DNA of 64,000 nucleotides from Mayamaea pseudoterrestris (taxonomy: Eukaryota): NCBI GenBank assembly GCA_027923505.1, contig BROI01000008.1:930001-994000 (forward strand). The letters run 5' to 3'. A model generated the notes under the pieces. The model ran no database searches. It had not been told where the DNA came from and was given only the letters and a program-made list of their open reading frames with translations. Shown one piece after another: positions 40,596-53,565 of this stretch. Position 1 is the stretch's first letter; each line of letters opens with the position of its first letter. A program made the position numbers and the translations under genes.

Positions 40596-42345
40596 TCAAG
40601 CACATTGATAACTGTCGGGAACAAAAGACTGGCTGATTTGGTTTGGAATCGGTGTTCCATTGGCAGAGTTTGTAACACTTGCAATTTGTACAGGACACAA
40701 CAACGTCTCAGACCGGAATCCAATTTGAACCGGAAAGAACGCATCGGTATCATTGCCAGGGATGCTAAATTCCAAGCTTCCAGTCGAGTTACTGGCATCA
40801 ATTTGGTCGAAGTGCCAACACATCATACCTGAGCGAGCATCGTGCTTGTAGACTCCATCAATATTCTCCACGACAGGCGTCTCTGTCGATCCCAACGGCA
40901 ACAAAATATTGACATCTTGCAATACCAAGTCCTTTCGAGTCAATTCCATTTCGATATTTACGGTAATTGAACCACCCTCATCTTCCGGCCAGCAATTAAT
41001 CGTAATCGGAGCGGCATCCTCACCATTGTACGACCAACGCAATACACCGACAGGACGGCCCACGGGAAATCCCTTGTCGCCCTTGAGCGCCAAAACGCCT
41101 TGCGATTCGTACATTTTCTTGTCCACCTTGGGATGCGTCGCAACGTTGAAGTTGGGCGCCAAGGAAGCCTTGTTGACTTGCACCACTGCCATGGTTCCGG
41201 CGTCTGTATTCGCAGTCAAAGTCAACGTACCCTTCACTTCGCACGCCTCCACAACACCTTCGCGGTTCATTGTGACGTTGATTTTCTCTTCTAAAACCAG
41301 CGAGACCGGTGTCGACGGAGTAACAGCAGGTTTGGCAGGAGCAGAAAGATCAAAGGCGTTCTTTCCAGCAGGAGCGAGCGGAAAGAGGTTATCCTCCGCA
41401 GCCATGGCAGCCATGAGATTATTCTTGGCGCCAGCACCAGCTTTTCCGCCAGCTCCAAGCTTCATACCCGTCTTGGCAAGCACCTTGGGTACATCAGCGA
41501 CCGGCGGCGGCGCAATTTCAAACCCGTATTGCGGCTGAACCACTTGGGGTTGCTGAGCACCAGCATTGAAATCCATCCACGAAGACGCTTGCGGTCCACC
41601 TCCACCAAACCCAACCATGCCTGCTGGCATTGGCGTCGCTGTACCTCCCTGGACAAACTGCTGGCGCATATGCGCCATCTGACGGTCCTTAATGTCCTTG
41701 GCCTTGCGCCGCATTTCATCCTTGGCTTGATCTTCCTTGGTTTGCTTCAAGGCCATGTGAATCTTTTCCTCGTGCGAGTCCATGATTAGATTGGACCGAA
41801 TCGCGGAAAGCGTGACTTCTTCCTTGTATCCTCCAGCCGTCAAGACTTCATCAAAGGCAAAAATCAGGTCAAACGCATGCTCCTGGATGGAGTGTTCCTG
41901 CAAACCTCCAGCGACATCCGGAACGAGCTTGGCCAAGAGACGTAACGTTCCAAGATCCTCAACAATATTGGAAGCCTTAGTCGTAATGAGCAGCAAGTAC
42001 ATTTGATTCTCCAAAGGCTGATAGACATATCGAACCGAGTCTGTCTCGACGTACGTGTGCTGCTTGGAATGGCCAACTAGCTTTGGAAAAGCAGCAAGGA
42101 GCCCTTCAACTCGGAGGCGATTCATTTCCACAAATTGTCTCGAGAAAAGTGCCTTGCCTTGGCGAGTGCAGACAGACGCGGACAGAACAACCTGAATAAA
42201 AATTATGAAAGCTGTGTTAAGAGAATGTAATGAACACGAACCCTGTGCGTGTGACTATAATATCCTTGCTGCCTTTCATGAAATTGAATCCACTCATTAT
42301 AGCTCTCGATAAAGAATAACATTTTCCGTAACACAAACGTACCAT
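40596..42345 (-). CDS. ARCN1: Coatomer subunit delta (2 coding exons; exon 1 contributes only ATG)
   Basis: Spliced start MVVLSASVCTRQGKALFSRQFVEM, then QHTYVETDSVRYVYQP and a mu-homology domain with PITINCWP. Intron 42342-42192 (GTACGT..TTTATTCAG). Confidence 0.95.
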
Positions 42346-42691
42346 TGCTGACTAAACTTATTTTAAAGAGTATATAACAGAAAGCGACGCCTCAGTTGTC
42401 GCGTTGGTCTAACAAGAGGAAGATGCCTTTCGCCTGCGACGGTCCGATGGTTTGCGGTCGCCCATGGTGGTCATCGCATGCAAAAACCTTAACGTTAAGT
42501 CACTATTGTGCAGCGGTTTTGAAAAGTCAATCTTTTCGTCCGCCGCGCCAGCGCGCACAACGGATCTTGATTGGCACTCGTCCCTCGAAAACCGACCATG
42601 GACGACAACAATTGAAGAAACCAGTTCGATCCTATAGTATCTACAGTTCTCTACGCATCATCCACTCTCGCTTCCTCCAGCAGAACACAAG

Positions 42692-45600
42692 ATGGATCGT
42701 CCGACGCAGACGCTTGATCTACCGCTCGATCATGACGAGGAACATCCACGCCGCCTCCTTGCGCTTGGACGGCAAATCATTGCCTACGGCGGAGACGACG
42801 GAACCGTGGCGCTCGTTGAACGAACCTCCAGCAGCACTCATGTTGCCCGCCCCATTCGGCGTTTTGACGATGATAGTGTTCGAGTCATTGGTGCTTCGGA
42901 TGACGGAAAGCGAGTCGTCATTGGATCTGATTCTGGGATGGTCCAAGTCTACAGCTATGACGACTATGATGCAAACGAGGCTCATCCATTCATCAGCAAC
43001 AGCCCCACGATAAACGAAGACGCCCCAGATGAAGACGACTTGCTCATGTCGCAGTCAGATGCCCTCGGAGCGAGCTATCAGGGCGAACAGACATTTGCTG
43101 GTCCATCATACGAGGCCCCGATCCGCGACGTCAAGTTTTTACCAAACTCGCACTTTGCTGTCATTGCGACGGAAACGGCGCTCACCATTGTCAACCTAGA
43201 GTCGTCGAACACTCTCACTGAGAATGTGCAAGAGTTGGAGACGGACGTTGGAGTTCGAGGAGTCACCATGATACAGACAGAGGAGAATGACTTGATTCTT
43301 TCGGCGCTGGACATGAATGGGCGTTTGACTCACTACAAAATTAGTTTGTACGACGACAAGAACACGACGTCTTATCAAGTACTAGAAAAGGAAGCAAGAC
43401 TTGTTATTGAGAAACGGGACGTCGGAGAAATGTTGGGTGCATCGGCAGCGTGTCGCTCGAGTCGGCCATGTTGGCTACAAATGGCAGACAACCGCCGTGC
43501 CGTTCTGGCAGTCGGCGGCCAAACCTACCTGCAACTTCGGGCGCTGGGGACTTTAAAAATGGAACTGTCGGAACAAGATCAACCATTGTCCATTTTGGAT
43601 AGTGAAACAGGCGGAGTGCAGGGGCATCTGGACTCGATTGTTCTAACGGAGACAATTGGGAATGATCACGTGGTTAGCTGCGGACGTGATAAGCGCTTGG
43701 TCGTTTGGAAACTTGAGACTCGCAAGGATGGATCGTTGCAGGCGCATTTTGTCCAAGAACTTGGTAATGGCGAATTGGACTCTGTTCCAACGGACTTGCT
43801 TTGGTTCGGGAATGGCGAGGCAATGGGTGAGAGTCTCTTCGTGACCACTGCCGCTGGAAAGCTTTTCGTCATGGAAAACTTATCATCCATCACATCCAAA
43901 GCTGCGAAGAAGTTACAAAAGAATGCGACCGCAGCCACGCAGTCCGAGGTTGATGCAGCAGCGGCAGCTACCCCCGACGACGACGAGGCTTTTGCAAGCA
44001 AAACGACAACGGAGACCAGCAACGGAGACGAAGACGAAGAATTATTTGGAACGGACGCTAGTTCGCTACCGAAAAATCGTTTCATCGATGACGAGGCTGA
44101 TGACGGTGGCGATGAGGACGACGATGATTCTGTTCCGGGACCGCCGGTCAGAAGTCATGCAATTAGCTCTTTTGGGCATGAATACGACGAAGGATCAGAA
44201 GGAGATGAGTTTGATGTGGAGCAGTATCGTTTGGGGAATCAACGATCGACAGTTGCTCAGCCCACAATGAAGCTGCCGGATCCTCAACCGGCGTTTGCTC
44301 CCTCGTCGACGCCACTAGGAATGACAAGGCGCTTCATGTGCTGGAATCACATTGGCACAGTAACTCATATTCAAGGGATACCAGGTGTTTCGCGCAGCTC
44401 GATCGATATCGACTTTGCCGAAACGCTAACGCATCGACCCGTTAATTTTACAGACAATATTGGTTTTATTCTTGGCTCAGTCGGAGAGGATGGTGCCATC
44501 TTTGCGACTGATTTAGCTGAAGACGAGGACGACGCGGATGACAACCTTAACGAAGTCATTGATGGTCTTGGTATGTCGGAAATGACCAAGGCTGCACTTA
44601 AGAAGAGCCAACAGAAGCGTATGAAAACGAACGGATCGAAAGCTACCGGCTCTACCATCTTTTTCCATCGTTTCGACACCTTTGCTGCTATTCGCGACAA
44701 GGACTGGTACTTGACCCTCCCAGACGGCGAGCGCGCTCTTGGATGCGCCTGCGGTGAAGGTTGGGCCGCGGTAATGACGAGTCGACGATTTCTCCGTCTT
44801 TTTTCGTCTGGAGGCAATCAAGGACAAGTGATTTGGCTGCCAGGCGAAGCGGTATCCATTGTCGGACGTGGTCGATTTCTTGCCGTATTCTACCACGAAG
44901 CTTCTCCCATGATGGACGAGACGCAAAAGCTGGGATGTATGTTCTATGATGCCACAATGAATCGTACCATCCACAAAGGGTCAGCTTCTTGCATCAGCTC
45001 GGGCTCCTGTTTGGCGTGGACTGGCTTTACGAATGAGTACTCGTTGGTGGCAATGGACAATGACGGTATGATATCAATGCTTGCGACGTCTGGTCTTGAC
45101 GATGGTCCCGGTGGAGCGAGTTGGGAATGGGCCCCGGTGCTTGATACTGTAGGTCTCCGCAAGTCGATCGACGATAGCTTCTGGCCAATCACTGTGTATG
45201 ACGGAAAGCTCGTTTGTGTCCCGTTGAAAGGAGGAATCAAGCATCCTGACGCTACAAGGAGACCGGTCACTACGACTGTTGGACTTCGCTTACCATTGGC
45301 TCGTGGTACTTTGTCCGCAATGTAAGCGTTTCCAATGAGGCGATGCGATACCGATATTGATATTCTGCAGCTCATGTACTTTTTATTCTTTTACAGCAAT
45401 GCTTTGGAAGAACTTTCTGTTCGAGCGGATATGGCGTTCAACCAAAAGAAGTTGGTCCACATGTTGCTTGGCGACGAAGACGAGGAGACAGAGACTGAAA
45501 TGCGCACTATATCCGCGCAGCTGGTAAGAAGCTCTAGTATAGTAATTTTTATTATATCATTTGTCATCCCGTGTTCCTCACTCATGGGCTCTCTCGTGTC

Positions 45601-45995
45601 CCGCTTGCCTTTAGGACAAGGTGACGCTAAAAATGTTTGCTTCTATGGTTGAAGCGGGAAAGCTGGAGCGCGCACTCGATCTGGTAGATCGTCTCCACAT
45701 GGAAAAGAGTTTTGATCTCGGCATGAAAATTGCTGATCGTCACCATAAGCTGGTGGATCTAATTGAGGAAGCGAAGGAACGCAGGTTTGGTAGGGATGAC
45801 CACGATCAGGATGACCAAGAATTGAGCGACAATGATCCATTCGGTGAAACCCGAGGCCAAAGTCTTGATCGACAAAGAGTCACACCCGATGCTATTTCAG
45901 ATCGCAAGTATAAAAGGGCCTTTGATGATATCAATGCGGCGGATTTAAAGGGTGGCGGAGGTCGACAAGTTCGTAACCGCAGCGCCTTTACCTAA
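42692..45995 (+). CDS. CTF4: CTF4/Mcl1/AND-1 (WDHD1) replication and cohesion factor (3 exons)
   Basis: N-terminal WD40-like region, PQPAFAPSSTP..RRFMCWNHIG, and TSRRFLRLFSSGGNQ (SepB domain). Introns 45322-45396 and 45524-45614. Confidence 0.88.
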
Positions 45996-46492
45996 CTGTA
46001 AAAATGTAGGGTTGATGCTTATGGTCGATCATATAATCACATATACTTTATCTTCTTGACTTGATGGGACTATTTCGTAACTAATCAAACTAACGCTAGC
46101 TCCATGCTCGGTCGTTGGATGCAGTTGCATGGAACAGAAACGAGCGTTCTTCGGAGTCATGAAGGGCGATACGTCGGCATTGAAAACTCATAAATACTCG
46201 GCCGGCGCGCAAGACCACAAATCAGATGCAGCGACGAGTTCATGTGGAGGCGGTGGTCATCACACACGCGACGGCAGCAAACGACACACATTATTGAAAG
46301 ACCTGTCGCTCGCTCGAGTCTTCACTTTATATATACCAAGGTAAGCTTCTAAGCGATGATGTATATGGCAGTCAGTGCATTGAGGAAATGGTGGAGACGG
46401 CTAACTTTTTGAACGCAGCTGGATACTAATGTTTGGCTCTCTTTCCGTCGGAAAAGCCATACAGGAGTCTTCGACATATTAGCGAAACGAGA

Positions 46493-48138
46493 ATGTCAGT
46501 TTCCAAAGAACCAGCGATAACTTTATCCTCCAGTGGCGACGAGCACAACTTCCTTGCAGAATCTGATCCCACGCTGGGCGATGAAGACTTTTTAGATGGA
46601 GCGGAGACGACAAGACCTCTCTTTGACGATGAGGAAGAGGAGGAGGAAGATGAAGAAGACGAGGATGACGACTCATTCACAGGAGACGCACCCACCTCGT
46701 CAGATCAAATGAGAATCAACCATATTACAGGGTTAAAGAAGAAGAAATTGTCGCCGCAGTTGGCTGCCATGACGGCTACGAGCTCACAAGCAGGCGACAG
46801 AGGTCCGCAGGGCGAAAACACGGGTCGCTGGACGGCCGAAGAACATAGCTTGTTTCTGCAGGGATTGGAACAGCATGGGAAAGGATGGAAAAAGATCGGT
46901 AAGTGGGGAGTATTTCATTAAAATTACATTACGAGTCTGCTGATTAAAAGTGCCTACGAATTAGTAACAATACCTGAAATCGACTTATTTAATCTTCTTG
47001 TTGCAGCTCAACTGATCAAGTCTCGCACTGTCGTACAGATTCGCACTCACGCGCAAAAGTACTTCCAGAAAATGACTAAGGCTCGACAGAACGGCGAAGA
47101 AGGAGAGGTCATCATGGAAGGTCGCGGCGGTGTTTCGTCGGTTGCTTCGGCTTCACCGACGGCTGGAGCGGCGCTTGCTTCGAAACGCCGCAGACCTACC
47201 ACTGGCACGAAACGCAAGGCCATTCAGTCGGTAGTATCATCCGCCATTCGACAGGGCAAGAGAATGGCTGCTGCTCAAGTCGCGGCTGGGGTGAAGGATC
47301 CAACGCCACCGCTACCTTCATTGGCCCCAATTCTGGCACACTTTATTCTGCCGCAAATCAAGGATGGCGCCGCACCTGGAACGATTCGGCAATATGAAGA
47401 CCAAACAACAATATCTGGTCCTGTTTTGGAAGATTCAATGTACGTTGCATTTTGTACAGCGCTCACATTCGCCGGCGCGTTTCTCATCTATCGTTAACTT
47501 GTCATTCTCCTTTATATTGCAGCTTCCGCTTCTTAACGCCAGCGCCTATTGCTAACGACTTGCCTTTGAACGATGTTGCTCGTCAAGCAGGAGCGAATCC
47601 GATAATTGTACCGAATGGGAGTTCAGGAGCAGCAGCCGCAGGCGGGGAAATTAGTCCTACGGGTGTGGCCGATCTATCAATGTATCCAAGCTGGGTGGAC
47701 GGCAAGAATCCGCCATCTTGGTATGCCAAAGGCGCTGACGTTGACGCCCTTTTGGATATCAGTGATTCGCTCGACTGGCTCGCCGATACGGGAGACCTGC
47801 AGGAGACATATCAGCCACCGTTGGACGATTTTGAATCTGGTGATGCCAAGGAACGACTTGGTGATCTGGGAAGCGCGATGAACCACACCAGTGTTGCTAC
47901 ATTGCCACATGTGGAATCGGTGGTTCCACCATTGCCATCTTTGTTTGGTGATTCAAGTTCGGAATTGAAGAAATCCGGTGAGGCGACGTTGTGCGTAAAC
48001 CTAAAAGTATCGGCGAGTGCCACAAGCATGGATGAGCACCTACAAGTGTTTGAGAGCTCAATGGAAGAGCACGACTTTGTTTCCACCATTCTCGAGAATA
48101 ACAACGAGAGCACTGTCTCACTTCCGGCGTTGAATTAG
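46493..48138 (+). CDS. Single-repeat MYB transcription factor, SHAQKYF class (3 coding exons)
   Basis: Spliced GRWTAEEHSLFLQGLEQHGKGWKKI|AQLIKSRTVVQIRTHAQKYFQK. Introns 46899-47006 and 47440-47522. A possible 5'UTR intron lies at 46341-46418. Confidence 0.92.
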
Positions 48139-48681
48139 CGTGAAGGGGAGCCAGGCCATAATCGAACTGTCCGTCTGACCCACGGCTGTTTTATGTGCCT
48201 TATACGCAACTCGTAATTAGTTCTTTACATATGCATCTTCTTACACTACAAAGGAAAGGTGTTGAAAGGTTACGCTGGTTGCTAAAGTTTGATAGGTTAA
48301 AGTGTGATAGGCTGCTTTACAGTATGATCGGATCATAGCGCGCCAGAATAGTGCGCGCGTTGGGCTTAAGTACCGAAGAGACCCGCTTGAGACAGACGAC
48401 TCGTCGAGCGCAGAAGTGGACCAAACGTAACAAGGCGGCGTAGCCGTTCCAAAAGAGAGAAACAACATACGAATAAGCATCCACTGTTTGTTGTATACAA
48501 TTTTGAGTAGCTTGGCGGAAAAGCACAAACGGAGTTGACGGAAACGTTTAGCGGCAGCAAGGTTGTGCATTGAGGAAACCATTCAACGCTTTCGATACCT
48601 CCATACCTCTGACTCTCTCCTTGAACACACTCCACGATCACGATCGAATCTCTTCTGCTGCATCACATTTGTCACTAAAAC

Positions 48682-51426
48682 ATGTCGAAGCTTTCAGCCA
48701 GCCTACCCACCGCAATGAATGATTCAAGTAGTAGCTTGCAATTGGATAATCCAAAGCATTTGCGTAGATCGCACTCCGCAGATGGGTCAACAAGCACAAG
48801 TCAGCCCCACTCGAGGCGTTTGTCGGTGGACGATTGCTCGTCGGCTGGTGGATCTGATCTTTTTTCTGGACCTTACGAGGTGATTGAATATGATGCCGCG
48901 GATGACGGGGAATTGGGATCGGACTTCTTTAACGAATTGGATCTCCGCATTGAAGAAAATACACCAGCCGCGGATGCATTGCGTGCGAATGCAAATGTCC
49001 GAGTCTCTCTTGCCGGTAAGGCTGCGAGAGCAGTTAATATGCAAGTAGTTCGAAAGTTAATGAAAAGAGCAACCATGACATCCAAGAGTGGTATTGTGCG
49101 TGGAAAGCCTCCTCGCATTCCACCGTCGCGAGCAGATGCGGATAGCGGCACACAAAGCCCAACGAGGAGGCGCGCCTCTACAATTGATTTTGGTTTGCCA
49201 GTTGTCCACGAGGATGCCCGACAATCAGCTCCGCAACTTTCCATGCCTCAACTTGAAGATGAGGCGCACATTGAAGACGATGTCGTGGCTGGAACAAGAG
49301 AAGCGTCTAAGCAAGGTATGAGCGTGCGGTGAGACTTATGTCGATGTTACGTAGAGTCCCTTTCCTCACCATTGTTGTACCTATTCATAGTGCTTGGGGA
49401 TGTTGATCCGCATGGCTACTTACGACTCTTACGTTGGAAGCGCAAACGTAACAAGTCAAAGAAACCAAAGTCGTACGTCAAGGGCAAGGTTATTGACGGC
49501 GAGCACGAGCTATATACACTTTCGATTGCGGTTATGATTGGCGTCAGGACATCTATCTCACGAACGCACACGGAGATCAATAATCGACGGCACGGTTGGA
49601 TCAATGACAAGGATTTTTATCGGACGGAGAAGTATGAGTTTCGCCCCAAGGGTGGCCAGAATGGAATGACGCCGCCCCACCAACTGGCGCACACTTTCAA
49701 GTTTAAAGACTACTCACCGGTCGTTTTTGCCTACCTTCGAAGGCTTGCTGGGGTCAACGAGTTTGATTTCTTGCTTTCCGTATGCGGAAATGCCAACTTT
49801 ATTGAATTTATCAGCAATGCCAAGAGCGGGCAATTTTTCTTCTATTCGGCTGATGGACGCTTTATGATCAAAACCATGACAAATACCGAAAGCAAGTACC
49901 TGCGAAGAAGTAAGTTCATGTGCCGAGACGTTTACTCTCAATGTTCAGCTCGGTTTTGACTAAAAGTTCTCAACGACGGTTTGCACTTAGTCTTACCGCA
50001 GTACTTTCGCCATTGTGTGGAGAATCCAAACACAATGGTGACTAGATTCTTTGGCATGTATCGAGTTAAGCTCTACCATTTGCGAAGGAATGTCAAGTTT
50101 GTCATTATGAATTCTGTGTATTACACCGACAAATTCCTACAAACTATATACGATTTGAAGGGATCGACTGTCGGACGCGACGCCAAGCCCGGCGAAACAG
50201 TAAAAAAGGACAATGATTTGCGACGGAGCTTGCCAGAAGAAGCACTTGCGCTTCATCCGAGCACAAGACATCGCGTAAAGGAACAAGTTGTCAAGGATAG
50301 CTCATTTTTGGAGAGTGTTGATGCTATGGATTACTCGTTGCTGGTTGGTGTTCATCATGTTCCTCACCGGGACAGCGGTAGTCTAGCAACCAGCGGCTTT
50401 CAAGGCAGCCGCTCGTCGATTCGAATGTCAAGGAGGATGTCTGTTGACGACAGTGAGAATGGTCATTTTGACGTCAGCAATGCGAGCGGCAGGGAAGACG
50501 ATGCATCGATTGATTTTTCATGCGAGAATGACAATGGAAAGAAGACAGTAGGTTCTATAAGCACACCCGACAGCCCATCTAGGGGCCACCAGCGGAAACT
50601 AAGTGAATCAATTGGGAACTTTTTTCTTGAAAATGGTTTGGAGGACGACGATAATAGTTATTTATTGGGCTCCAAGCGGCGATCCTCATCGAATGTTGTC
50701 TCGAACCACGAATCTGAACACAAAAAGCTCGCTACAATCGAGAAGCTCTATTGGCCATTCCATCGTTTGTATGATATCCACGGCCATCGTCGACTGGTAC
50801 CATACCTTTGCCCTAAATGCGGCAAGGGTCCATGCATATGCAATGAGGCGCTTGACGCTAAGGTGCTAAAGGGATACGAGATTCCACCGTTTGTGGCGCC
50901 ATTGTCTGAGCGAAAGGACGCTGGATTTGAAATGGACACGACAGGCCTGAAAATGCCAATGACTATTAAAGGACCCGACGGGCTCGTCCCATATGATGGT
51001 CGCATTTTTTACATGGGTATCATTGACGTTTTGCAAGAGTACACGACCCGTAAGGCTCTCGAGTCTCAGTATCGTTATCTCCAAACGCAAGGTCGCCCAG
51101 ATGCTAGCTGTGTGCCCCCTGAAGAGTATTCGGAACGATTTATAAGCTTTTTTGATGAAGTTACCCACCGGGAGCCACAGACTAATGAGAATGGCGTAGA
51201 GGTCGACTTGAAAAATATTGATAAGCTCTCGACTGTTGGCGAAGACCTTGATGAGTCGGAAGTTGTCTCTGGGGCTGGAAAAACGGAGGCAAGTACACCG
51301 AGTCATGCCGTCGAGAATGAAACCAATGGTACTTGTACTGTCGACGAAGGATCGTCGCGGAATGAGGGAGCGCCTTCTGGATCTCAAAAGACATTGATTG
51401 CCACCGCGGTAGATTATTTTCTCTGA
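48682..51426 (+). CDS. Phosphatidylinositol-4-phosphate 5-kinase (3 exons)
   Basis: FKFKDYSP, KSGQFFFYSADGRFMIKT, YDLKGS, KKDND, MDYSLLVG and GIIDVLQEY. Introns 49316-49390 and 49910-49990. Confidence 0.94.
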
Positions 51427-51648
51427 ATATAAAGAATTGTCTGTAAACCTACTACAAGCGGCATATATATATACGGTACTATACTCCCGGTATATCAACT
51501 ACCTTGATACATACCGTGGGTAGTCGATAGTCGATCGCCGGTCGTACCGGGACTGCGAGTCATTTTCTTCCAGCAGTTGGCACGGCTGGCGCGCAGGGTG
51601 CGACACGGAAGGAGCGATTGGACCTTTCGCACCATCATCTTTGTCACC

Positions 51649-53498
51649 ATGAAGGTCGTCTTCGCCTTGCTCCTCCTTTCGGTCGTTTCCGGTCAGGAAT
51701 GCACGAAAGATGGTGCCTGCGACAAGCATGAGCGCTGCTCTGTATGGGCTGAAGAGGGAGAATGTCTGCGCTCCACGGCGTACATGCAGGAGCACTGTCC
51801 AGCGTCATGCCAGCTACTCCAACAAGCATTAGGCTCCGACGAAGAAAAGACACAGCGTGTCCTCGAACCGAATGAGTGCGAGGACTTGCATGAGCGCTGC
51901 TCACTATGGGCAATTGCGGGTAAGATTTAATGTGTTCCTTGTAGCTTGAGAGCTATCATAGCTTATGCTAACTCCTATACTTCTTGTCGCAGGCGAATGC
52001 GAAGTGAATCCAAAGGACATGAAGAAATACTGCCGAAAAGTGTGCAAATTCTGCTTTGACGAAGGCGATGAAGGAGACGAAGACGATGATAATGATGACG
52101 ATGACGACACCGTAGTCGACGAGCAAATCGCTGACTGTAAGGATACGCATGAACTGTGCAGCTTTTGGGCCGAACATGGCGAGTGTCAAAAAAATCCTAC
52201 CTTCATGGAGGTTGGTTGCTCTAAGAGCTGCAAAACCTGCGACAAAGTCAAAGTGGATCCGCGCAAGTTGGATGTGTCTCAAGTTTTGCCAGCCGATATT
52301 GATAAAGAAGTGGCGCAGCAAATCATGGAAAAGTCCAAGGCCTTTGGTGTACGGCAAATTGCGGCTGGAGCAGACATCAAGGCGACTTTAGTCAAGATTG
52401 AAGAAACGGCGCAATACATGGCGAACGAAAAGACTCTTGCTCTTCCCAAGGATATTCTTGACAACTGCTCTAACAAGCATGAAATGTGCAGCTTTTGGAG
52501 TGCTGTCGGAGAGTGCACGAACAATCGTGCTTACATGACCACCAACTGCTCACCTGCTTGCGCAAGTTGCAATTTAATCGATATAAAGGCGCGCTGCCCG
52601 CCGCTGGAAAATGTGGAACCTGCGCTGCGGCCAGGAGACCTTCAAAAGGTGGGTTGGAGTGCAAATTGATGTCATGGTACGGATTCAGATTCAGAACTCA
52701 CTCTACATGTTCTCTGCCCAGATGTTTGAAAGAATTTTGGCAATCGCTCCGGGCAACAAAACTCTCACCGACGAAGAACGAAAACAGCTCACGGATCAAA
52801 GTATGCCAATCTACACGGTCCATGTTCACTCCTCACCTGGCGAGCCTGTTACCGAAATATCTGCAGTCTTGGACAAGTCCCTGCCACCCTGGGTTGTAAC
52901 GTTTGAAAACTTTCTCACCGACGATGAATGCGAGGCGCTTATTCAGCTTGGCGAAGAGCAAGGCTACAAGCGCTCGGAGGATGTTGGCGCGCGTAAATTT
53001 GATGGAACATTTGAATCGGTGACGAATGATCGTCGTACATCGGAGAATGCGTGGTGCTCCGACTACGGCGGATGTCGAACAACAGACGCTGCGCAGTTGA
53101 TCCATGAACGCATGGCCATCGTCACCGGTATACCCGCCAATAACAGTGAAGATTTGCAAATTTTGCGCTATAAGCCGGGAGAATTTTATCGGACTCATCA
53201 TGACTTTATCCCACACCAGGTCGACCGCCAATGCGGGCCCAGAATTCTGACCTTTTTGTTGTATTTGAGCGACGTTGAGGCTGGCGGTGGCACTAACTTT
53301 CCCAACCTTGATATTACAATCATGCCAAAGAGAGGAAGAGCACTTCTTTGGCCGAGCGTGCTAAACTCAAATCCAATGAAAAAGGACGGTCGCTTTATGC
53401 ATCAGGCATTGGACGTAGAGTCAGGCCTCAAATACGCGGCGAATGCATGGATCCACCAATATGATTACATTGCACCCCAAAAGAATGGATGTAGCTAG
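51649..53498 (+). CDS. Secretory prolyl 4-hydroxylase with four ShKT domains (3 exons)
   Basis: Signal peptide MKVVFALLLLSVVSG, four C..WA..GEC..M...C..SC modules, and a 2OG-Fe(II) domain (HHD, HQA, KYAANAWI). Introns 51920-51992 and 52649-52721. Confidence 0.92.
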
Positions 53499-53565
53499 TG
53501 AAAACATAAATTAATAATCGTGGATATTCATCTTTACTTTAACGCAGTCGCCGCAGCGGCTCATG

